32,688 bases of DNA from a virus (lineage: Duplodnaviria; Caudoviricetes): positions 1 through 32,688 of IMG/VR virus record IMGVR_UViG_3300033412_000048; one strand, given 5' to 3'. A model generated the notes under the pieces. The model was given only the letters and a program-made list of their open reading frames with translations. It was not told the origin of the DNA and ran no database searches. The translations under genes were made by a program, and so were the position numbers. Every line of letters begins with the position of its first letter. Within the stretch, counting starts at the first letter, position 1. Below, piece by piece: positions 16,192 to 23,900 of the stretch.

Positions 16192-18213
16192 TCACTCCTG
16201 CACGAGCGCCACCAGCAGCTCCGCGCGAGCCTCATCATAATCGGCCTGCGCGCCGCCGCCGGTGGCCGACGCGAGCAGCTCACGCCACTCCGCCGCCTGA
16301 GCTTCCCGCTGGGCGGCGGCCGCCTGCTCGGCGAGCATCCCCCGGGCGATGGCCCGGCCCAGCTCCTCCGTGTCGATTCCCGCCGCCGTGAGGCCCGTGT
16401 CGCCCTCGTCGACAACGCGGTGAAGCGCGCCAGCGGCGACGAGGCTCAGGACTTCCTCATCCTCAGGGAAGCCGCTCACGGTCGACGCGGTGAGCACGCG
16501 GGGGATGGGGAAGCCTGCCGTGTTGACGTGCAGGGCGGCCACCATCTCAAGGTTGCCGCCAACGCGCCGCCAGTCGCCGGACAGGGGGGCGGCGCGCATC
16601 TTGAAGACGGCGCTCTCGTCGGCGTCCGGGGCGAGCATGCCTGCCACCCAGATGCCGTGCTCGTCTTCGCCTGCGCGCACGTACGCGCCGGTGTTGGACG
16701 TGCGGTCGTAGTGTTCGGCGGCCGCCCGGTAGCCGAGGTTGGCGGCAGCGTGCCCGCCGCCGTACGTGAGGCGGCCCACGGCGACCCGAGAGCCGTCGTC
16801 GGTCTTCACCTCCCCGGTGTGGAAGTACGCGTAAGAGGTGGCCGTCTTGGGGGGCTTGACGCACGAGTCGCCGATGCCGACGTGGCAGGTGTCCCACACG
16901 GCGACGTGGCCGTAGACGCGGCCGTCGTCGCCGATGTGCAGCGGGGTGGGCCCGGTCAGCTTCGGGTCGTCGAACCACGCCTTGGGCGGGGCGACCGGGG
17001 CGGCCCCGGCCATGAGCGCGGCCATCTTCTCTCCGGCCTTCCAGTCGTCGGGGAGGCTGCCCTCGCAGCCCTTGCGCTTGGCGATGGCCGTGAGCCGCGC
17101 CTTGAACTTGCCGTAGGGGATTTTCGGGTTCGCCCGGCCGTACGAGGACACGGCGTCGGGGACGTCCCCGCACGAGGCGATGGGGAACCGGCGGCCTTCC
17201 GGGTCGACGAAGTCGGCGTCGTCGAGCTTCTTCCGCACGCCCGCCTTGGTGACGTCCGGCGCGGCGTAGGTGCCGCCGCCGAGGCCGCCGCCGCCCTGGC
17301 CCTGCTCGCCTTCATTGCCGGGCGGTTCGGGCTGGCCGTCCTTGCCCCGGTTCGGGATGCGCTTGCGGGCGAATTCCTCGAACTCGTCGTCGGTGAGCCA
17401 GATGCCGGAGCCGAAGAACTCCTCGTCGTCCTGATTGACCTTGGCGGCCTTGGGGTTGCGCTTCTTACGGTTGGGGATGCCGGTCCCGGTCGCTCCGTCG
17501 GACAGCACGTTGGCGAACTCGTCGCTCTCGTCCTCGAAGAGTTGCCCCAGGTCAGCTATCGACTGGAACACCTCGCGATCGTTTTCGATCTTGAATGCGC
17601 TGGACGTGGTCCCCTCGACATTCGGATCGGACGAGTCGATCGGAGTCAGCTTCGCGTGCCCGGACAGCTCCGCGAACGCGGGGATGTGCACCAGCGTGGC
17701 GGACGCCATCCGGCCGGACCGGATCATCTTCAGCCGGGGGCCGTCGTACGCCTCCTCGGCCATCACCGGATCGCCGCAGCCGCAGTCACCGCCGGTCTTC
17801 CCGGCGTGAGCCATCTTCGCGGCCTTCAGCTTCCCGGCCTGCTCTTTCTTCCATGCCGCGTACGCCTTGGGCTCCGGGACGTGCTCCATCTCCTGCATGT
17901 CCAGGTCGACGGACGGCCCGATGACCTTCTTTTCGGTGAACATCCGGGCGGCCATGGCGGCGTTGCGCACGTCTTCGGGCCAGGATTCGTCGTCGTAGAA
18001 CTCCCCCTGGCCGGGGAGCATCCCGTCCTTTTCCTTGCCGATCTTCGCGATGTGGCCGACGATCACAGCGTTCGCGTGGCCGCCCGAGTCTGCGGCCACG
18101 TACCGCAGCGGCAGCGGCAAGTCGCGGTGCGACAGCGCGCCTTCGTCGAACTGACGGCCGTCGCCGGTCGGCTTGCCGATGACGGCTAGCGGCATCTGCC
18201 AGGCGGTCCCCAT
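16192..18213 (-). CDS. Capsid maturation protease (multi-domain)
   Basis: 673 aa; TGDGR.F...LPLPL, GH..AV.VG.I, ATLV.IPAFAE, GRVYGH.A.W.TCH and SGDWR motifs; position upstream of the capsid gene. Confidence 0.8.
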   Translation of the reverse strand: MGTAWQMPLAVIGKPTGDGRQFDEGALSHRDLPLPLRYVAADSGGHANAVIVGHIAKIGKEKDGMLPGQGEFYDDESWPEDVRNAAMAARMFTEKKVIGPSVDLDMQEMEHVPEPKAYAAWKKEQAGKLKAAKMAHAGKTGGDCGCGDPVMAEEAYDGPRLKMIRSGRMASATLVHIPAFAELSGHAKLTPIDSSDPNVEGTTSSAFKIENDREVFQSIADLGQLFEDESDEFANVLSDGATGTGIPNRKKRNPKAAKVNQDDEEFFGSGIWLTDDEFEEFARKRIPNRGKDGQPEPPGNEGEQGQGGGGLGGGTYAAPDVTKAGVRKKLDDADFVDPEGRRFPIASCGDVPDAVSSYGRANPKIPYGKFKARLTAIAKRKGCEGSLPDDWKAGEKMAALMAGAAPVAPPKAWFDDPKLTGPTPLHIGDDGRVYGHVAVWDTCHVGIGDSCVKPPKTATSYAYFHTGEVKTDDGSRVAVGRLTYGGGHAAANLGYRAAAEHYDRTSNTGAYVRAGEDEHGIWVAGMLAPDADESAVFKMRAAPLSGDWRRVGGNLEMVAALHVNTAGFPIPRVLTASTVSGFPEDEEVLSLVAAGALHRVVDEGDTGLTAAGIDTEELGRAIARGMLAEQAAAAQREAQAAEWRELLASATGGGAQADYDEARAELLVALVQE

Positions 18214-18260
18214 GTGTTGCCCCTTTCGGATGCCTCACATGGTACGGCCGCCCGGGGCGT

Positions 18261-18368
18261 TCAGTGCCAGAGCGCCCCGGTTGCGGCGCTGACGATCGTC
18301 GCGATACCGGCGGCTATCAGCAGCGCGCCCGGCACCAGCTCGATCGCGTCAACAATCTTGCTCATCAT
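18261..18368 (-). CDS. 35-aa single-TM peptide (MMSKIVDAIELVPGALLIAAGIATIVSAATGALWH)
   Basis: RBS GAAAGGAA before ATG; hydrophobic; 3' end of ORF 18261..18680. Confidence 0.55.
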   Translation of the reverse strand: MMSKIVDAIELVPGALLIAAGIATIVSAATGALWH

Positions 18369-18398
18369 GGCTGTTCCTTTCTGTCGGTCGACATGGTA

Positions 18399-18428
18399 CA
18401 GCCCCCCTACCGGCAGGCAGGGGGGCTG
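18399..18428 (-). terminator. Hairpin after the 103-aa gene
   Basis: CAGCCCCCCT / AGGGGGGCTG inverted repeat. Confidence 0.5.
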
Positions 18429-18444
18429 ACGGAGGGCGGGTGGT

Positions 18445-18756
18445 TCAGTGGGAGATGTCCACCGTGATCGCGGTGTCGAGGGGCAGCGGGCCGATCTGCC
18501 CGCCGGAGAGGTTGACGAAGACGCCTTGGCCGGTGATGACGGGGTACTCGACGACCTTGCGGAAGGTGTCCATGTCGTCGGTGGCGACGTACATGCCGGG
18601 GCGGGCGTTCTGGACGCTGACGGCGGTGACGACCTCGGCGTCCATCTCCCGGTGCAGGGCCGCAACGGCGGGGTGGTCAACGATCGCGCTTTCGCGGGGG
18701 ATGAACCCCATCCCGTCGTTGATCATTTCCAGGTGGCGACCGTCGATGATGTTCAT
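18445..18756 (-). CDS. Hypothetical protein
   Basis: 103 aa; RBS GAGGGAGAA; own upstream promoter. Confidence 0.7.
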   Translation of the reverse strand: MNIIDGRHLEMINDGMGFIPRESAIVDHPAVAALHREMDAEVVTAVSVQNARPGMYVATDDMDTFRKVVEYPVITGQGVFVNLSGGQIGPLPLDTAITVDISH

Positions 18757-18788
18757 GCCGTTCTCCCTCGCTCGTTGTGTACGTCCAT

Positions 18789-18827
18789 AGACTACAGCCC
18801 GCTTGACGTGTATGTCAAGCGGGCTGT
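18789..18827 (-). promoter_or_regulatory. Promoter TTGACA-N18-TAGTCT with palindrome CTTGAC-GTGTAT-GTCAAG extended to 14-bp arms (may also terminate ARH transcription)
   Basis: ACAGCCCGCTTGAC-N6-GTCAAGCGGGCTGT at 18794-18827. Confidence 0.8.
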
Positions 18828-18838
18828 GACAGGGGATT

Positions 18839-20020
18839 TCAGCGGCTCGCCGCCCTGGTCAGATCACCCGTCAGGCTTTCCAACTCCCCCCGGTATTCGA
18901 TGTTGCCCAGCCAGTGCGACGGGAACGCCTTCAGTCCGTACGCGGCACCAGCCAGGGCCCCCGTGATCGAGGCGATGCTGTCCGAGTCGCCCTGGGTGAA
19001 CGCCGCCCGCCGGACGGCGCTAGCCGGGTTGTCCTTGAAGCACAGCAGTGCGTGCAGCGACGTCGCCAGGGCCTCTTCGGCAACCCAGCCGTCACCGCCG
19101 ATGTGGCACGGGTCGATCCAGCCGTCTCGGGTGACGAGCCTGATCCCTTCCAGCGTGTCGATGACCTTGTCCCAGCCGCGTTCGATGAACTGCTCGGGCG
19201 ACTTCACGGGCCTGCGGGCGGGCTTGACCGGGCGGGGTGCCTCGACGATGTCCTCCCGCGTGAACGTCGCACCCCTGGCGACGTCCTCCCACCAGGTCAG
19301 CTTGCCCGGCGACGGCAGCACGGGTGCGATGCTGGACCTCCACTCGTGACGGGGGGTCTGCCACAGGTGCCCCAGCCAGGCGGCGTCGTAGACGCTGCGC
19401 TGGTCCCACGCGTAGGCGATCAGGTGGTCAAGGAACTGCTCGTTGGGCCGGGCCACACCTTCCAGGAGCATGCGGACGGCGGCGGCGGTGAGGTGGGCGG
19501 CCGCCATGGCCGTTGGGTGGCCGTGGGTGATGGCGGCCTGAAGCTGGGCGGCGGCCCCCATCTCGTCCCAGGTCCAGTCGGTGCGCAACGCCAGCGGCGC
19601 GACGCGCATGTTGGCCCCGTTGCCCTTCGACCCGGCGTCGGTGGCTTTCGTCCAGTGCTCTCCCTTACGCAGGCGGGCGACAGCGGACAGGCAGGTGATG
19701 CCGGGGGCGCGCAGGCCGTCCGTGCTTTTCGGGTCGTTGCGCCAGCGGATGAACTCGCGCACGAACTGGTCGGTGAGGTGGGCGGGGTTGGGGCGGCCGT
19801 GGGTGCGGGCGGCGCGGCCTACGGCGATGCTCATCTGGGTGTCGTCGGTGACGATGCCGTTCTTGGCGGTGTTGATGCCGACGGCCCGGCGGAACGGTGA
19901 TCCGAGCTTGGTGATCATCTGGGAGGTGGCGAATTCGAGGGGGCGTCCGAGTGCGTCGCCGTAGGCGAGGCCGAGCATGATGCCCAGGCGTCGGTCGGTG
20001 TCCGGGGTGGTGTTTTTCAC
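18839..20020 (-). CDS. ADP-ribosylglycohydrolase (DraG/ARH family)
   Basis: 393 aa; GLAYGDALG..LEF, TDDTQM, GNGA.MRVAP, ITHGHP and GDSDSIASITGALAGA metal-binding motifs; RBS AGGAGGAG. Confidence 0.95.
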   Translation of the reverse strand: MKNTTPDTDRRLGIMLGLAYGDALGRPLEFATSQMITKLGSPFRRAVGINTAKNGIVTDDTQMSIAVGRAARTHGRPNPAHLTDQFVREFIRWRNDPKSTDGLRAPGITCLSAVARLRKGEHWTKATDAGSKGNGANMRVAPLALRTDWTWDEMGAAAQLQAAITHGHPTAMAAAHLTAAAVRMLLEGVARPNEQFLDHLIAYAWDQRSVYDAAWLGHLWQTPRHEWRSSIAPVLPSPGKLTWWEDVARGATFTREDIVEAPRPVKPARRPVKSPEQFIERGWDKVIDTLEGIRLVTRDGWIDPCHIGGDGWVAEEALATSLHALLCFKDNPASAVRRAAFTQGDSDSIASITGALAGAAYGLKAFPSHWLGNIEYRGELESLTGDLTRAASR

Positions 20021-20046
20021 GGGGCTTCTCCTCCTGTTGTATCTTC

Positions 20047-20508
20047 CTAGCTTACATTCTGCTTGACAAGCTTGTCAAGCCGCTGCGCGAGCAGGGCGCG
20101 GACCTGCGCCGTATCGACCAGGCGACCGCGCGCACGCGACCCGGCCGGAGGGGCAACCGACAGCAGCCGACCGCCCGTGACCAGCTCGTTCACGTACTGG
20201 CGCGAGCAGCCGAGCACGTCCGCCGCGTCCTGCTGCGTCATGGCCGCCGGGCCGCAGCCGCCCGCCGCGAACAGCAGGCGGCCCAGCGGAGTCGCCCAGA
20301 ATGACGCGCTGGCCAGGTCGGCGGGCTCGACAACCGCCCGCAACCTGGAGACGGCATTCTGGTCGCCCAGGGCGACGCGGCCGATCAGGTAGTCGGCGAG
20401 GGTACAGAGGTAGTGGCCCGGTCCGTCCTTCCCGGTGTTGAACGCGACGTTGTACCGGACAACGAGTAGCGCGAGCCGGTCGGTGAGGTCGGTAACGGGA
20501 TCCTTCAT
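20047..20508 (-). CDS. DNA-binding protein with a C-terminal excisionase/MerR-like helix-turn-helix
   Basis: 153 aa; MTQQDAADVLGCSRQYVNELVTGGRL HTH pattern; RBS GGAGGAA. Confidence 0.75.
   Translation of the reverse strand: MKDPVTDLTDRLALLVVRYNVAFNTGKDGPGHYLCTLADYLIGRVALGDQNAVSRLRAVVEPADLASASFWATPLGRLLFAAGGCGPAAMTQQDAADVLGCSRQYVNELVTGGRLLSVAPPAGSRARGRLVDTAQVRALLAQRLDKLVKQNVS
20049..20080 (-). promoter_or_regulatory. ARH promoter TTGACA-N18-TAAGCT with perfect 20-bp palindrome GCTTGACAAGCTTGTCAAGC
   Basis: Read directly; embedded in the last codons of the HTH gene. Confidence 0.8.
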
Positions 20509-20528
20509 GGCGTGTTCCTCCGATGCGG

Positions 20529-20559
20529 CAGGAGCCCCGGCGGGTGGCCGGGGCTCCTG
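20529..20559 (-). terminator. Intergenic hairpin
   Basis: CAGGAGCCCCGGC / GCCGGGGCTCCTG. Confidence 0.55.
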
Positions 20560-20571
20560 GGTGGGTGTGGG

Positions 20572-20892
20572 TCAGGCGGCGCGCAGCAGGCGGGCGAGCA
20601 GGCGCGGCACGCGCGGCAGGATGTAGCGGTAGACGCCCATCGAGTCGACGCGCTGGTCCATGGCGAGCGGGGCACCGTCGGCGTCGGTGACCATCTTCGC
20701 GGTTAGTTCGAAGCGGCCTTTGGTGGGCAGCGAGACCGCGCCGTTGGCGGTCGAGATGTGGATGATCTTGTCGGGGTCGGCGGAGTCACAGGCGATCCGC
20801 ATGGTGTCTTCGCCGTCGATCACCAGCATGAAGAAGGTGATGGTGCCGAGGATGCTGAGGAACTTGATCTCGTTGCCGTGTCCGAGCTTCAT
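20572..20892 (-). CDS. Hypothetical protein
   Basis: 106 aa; RBS AAGGGGAG; own upstream promoter. Confidence 0.7.
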   Translation of the reverse strand: MKLGHGNEIKFLSILGTITFFMLVIDGEDTMRIACDSADPDKIIHISTANGAVSLPTKGRFELTAKMVTDADGAPLAMDQRVDSMGVYRYILPRVPRLLARLLRAA

Positions 20893-20930
20893 GGTGTCTC
20901 CCCTTAGGTCTGTCGCTTGCTTGTAGACCT

Positions 20931-20961
20931 ATAGTAGACACCACTTGACGGCGTTGTCAAG
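20931..20961 (-). promoter_or_regulatory. Promoter TTGACA-N18-TACTAT with palindrome CTTGAC-GGCGTT-GTCAAG
   Basis: Read directly; the TTGACA contains the TGA stop of the 1708-aa gene. Confidence 0.8.
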
Positions 20962-23900
20962 CCTTCTTTTTCTGGCCCAGCTTCCCTAACTTCGACGCGG
21001 CCCTCCACGTCGGAGCCGTCACGTCCGCGACCGTCTCCATCTCCGACTGGTTACGCTTACCGCTGTGCTTACCGTAGTCGGCGACCACCCGATAGCGCAG
21101 GCCCCGCTGAAGGATGATCTCGTTCTCCCCCGGATGCTGGCCGCCCTTCGCATTGATCCCCTTGATACCCAGCCCCTTCGGGATGATGATCCGCATGACC
21201 ACCCCGTTGTATCCGGCGAAGGTCTGGGCGGTGCTCAGCGCCCCCGAGGTCGACGAGTAGGAGCGTTGCGACCACTCCACCCCAGCAACGTTCACGTCGT
21301 TCCACTTGCCCGACTTGAAGACGGTTTCCGGGCTGGAGAATCCCCGATAGAGCACGACGTCTCCCTCCAGCGGGGGCGAGGCGGCGAACGCGTTGTCGAT
21401 GGAGGTGATCTGGCTGCTGCCGGTCTTCTTAGCGCCCGGCGGGAGGCTGTTCAGCTTGGTGTTGATGTTCCCGTAGGAGCTTCCGGTGTAGGCGTAGAGG
21501 GCGCTCTTGCCGGACGACGACGCGCCCTTCGACTCCATGTTGTTGATCGACCATTTGAACTCCTTCTGCGCTTCGAGCCCGAACTTCGTGTCGGCGTTGG
21601 CCAGGTGTCCCTGGAGTGCCGCGAGGTGTTCGGGGCTGCTCACGTACGCGCCGCTCTGCGCGGGCACCCATCCGTGCTGGTCACCCCCGGCGACCGTGTC
21701 GATGAAGTGGTAGCCGTTCGACGCGGCCGAGGCGGCGTTCGGGTTCTTCCCGATCTCGGTGGTGGGCGGCTTCGCGTGGACCTTCGGCGCGGGCATCGGC
21801 GGGAGCGTGGCCGACAGCTTGGCGGTTTTCGCGGCAGCCTTGTCGGAGGGCGTCTTGTGGGCGACGGCGAACGAGGGGCCGAGCTTGGCCACCAGGTACT
21901 GCTTAGCGCTGGCGATCTTGCCGTAGTTCGGCTGGCCGTACCCGGCCGTCTTGAAGTAGGCGGCCTCGGCGGCGGCCGTCTTGACCCCGGCCGCGTCAAC
22001 CTTCGGGATGGAACGCTTGCTCAGTCCAACGCTGGCGCGGATCGCGTCCAGTTTCTGCTGGGCGATCTTGTGCTGGGAGGCGAACTGCGATGCCAGGTCG
22101 TCCCCGTGGGATGCCGCCTTCAGCCAGGCGTCCTGCTCCGGCCCCTTCAACATGACCCCCGTGTCGGGGTCGGTGGGGACAGCCTCCTTGGCGGCCTTCT
22201 CCTCGGCAACCGACAGGGCGAGCACGCCCGCAAGCTTCTTCAGGTTGCCCAGGTCTTGCGTGAGGCTGGGATAGTCCGAATGGGACTTCATGTCTGCTTT
22301 TTGCGAGTATGACTTGACCCCGTACAGGACGGCCTTGCTGGCGTGCTTCCCCCAGGCATCGCTGTAGATCTCGGGGATGAGGCCCTTGTCGTAGTCGGTG
22401 AGCGTCACCGGACCGGCGGGCTTCAGGTATCCCTGGGCGGACTTGGCGGACGCGTGGAACTGGTCTTCGGCGGCGGTCAGCTTCGCCTTGGCGGCGTCCA
22501 GGTCGGCGTAGAGGTGCCCGTTGGCGGCCTTCAGCATCTCCGCTTGCTTGGCGATGACTTCCCGATCCTCGCTGGTGAGCGGGTTGCCGTCTTTGTCCTG
22601 GCCGATTTTCAGGGCGTCGTAGTGGTAGGCCTTCAGGTGGGTTTCGAGCTTGTTGACCCGGGCGGTCGCGTCGAGGATCTTCGCGTGAACGCTGGCGAGC
22701 TTGGCCAGTTTCGCGGCCACCATCTCGTCCGCCAGCACCGCAGGCGAGTAGTTCTTGGCGGCGGCGTCGGCAAGCGCCTGCCCCGCGCTGGCGATGTTCA
22801 GCACGGTTGCAGGGTCCAGGGTGGTGCTCGGTGTGGACGCCCCGTCTTCCAGGAGCTCCTTCGCCCGGTCCCAGATTTGCGCGTTGGACATCGCGGCCGG
22901 TTTGGGCGCGTTGGCTTGCTTCACGGCCGCATGCAGCTTGTCGGCAAGGTCGTTTTCGGCCTGCTTCGTCGCGGCCTTCAGCTCGTCGATGTCGGCGGTG
23001 CTGGACGGGGGCGTGTCGTGGGCGAGCAGGTATTGGTGGTACTGGATCAGCGAGGCTTTCTGGAGGGGCGTCAGGTCGCTGCTGCCGGATGCCACCTTCA
23101 TGTTGATCTTGTTGTACGCAGAGGCCTTGGCCTTGGCCACGGCGTTCGCGTGATACTGGGCGGTCGCCGCGTCGTTCAGGGCGGCGACCGCCTTGGCCAC
23201 CTCCGGCTTGTCCAGGACAGCGCTGGTGTAGAGCTTCGTCTTCTGCCCGACGAGCGCTTCCGCAGCGTCATCGGCAGCCATCGCGTGTTCGACGTTGTCC
23301 GGGTTGTCGAGCTCGTTGAGCCCGGCAGCGTCCTTGGCGGCCTTGAAGAGCATCACGGGGGTGGCGGCCTGGGCCATCTCCTTGGCCTGCTTCGCCGACA
23401 GGTCGGGGTCCTTGATGCCCTGGGCGAAGTTGATGCCGGGCTTGACCACGTCAGGCTTCGGAGCCTCGGCGGCCTTGGCCGCGCCGAACTTCTCCAGCAG
23501 CTTGTTGGTGGCGGTGATCTTCTTCGGGTCCAGGAACTTCGTGACGCCCTTCTTCAGGTCGGCAACGATCTTGGCCTGGATGTCCGGGGCGAGTGAGTCG
23601 AATTCGGGCTTGGACAGCTCCTGGTAGGCGACGAGCTGGTTCTTCGCCCAGGACGCGCCGGGGGCCACCCCCTGCGCCATGGCGACCGCGTTGGAGACGT
23701 GGACGGGGGGCGCGGTGGCCGGGGCCGGGGTGGTGGTGTTGGCAACGGTGACGTGCTCGCCCTTGCCGAGGTTGTACTTCTCGCCCGACGTGGTCGTTAC
23801 GACGTAGAAGCCGCCGGGGACCATGACGAGGGTGCCTTCGTGGCCGCTGCCGTCGAAGCCGACCTTGACTTTCTTGCCGCCCAGGATCAGGTCGGCGGAG

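Noticed and set aside
14530-20961. Palindromes or 13-mers interpreted as CRISPR repeats, IS ends or LexA boxes
   Set aside because: Copies are kilobases apart with no spacer array or transposase, and they do not match the actinobacterial TCGAAC-N4-GTTCGA SOS box
20957-21070. Possible frameshift or truncation at the end of the giant ART
   Set aside because: KRNQSEMETVA aligns acceptably with GRRRLDVEVVA of the MuF-ART final strand, and the catalytic motifs upstream are intact
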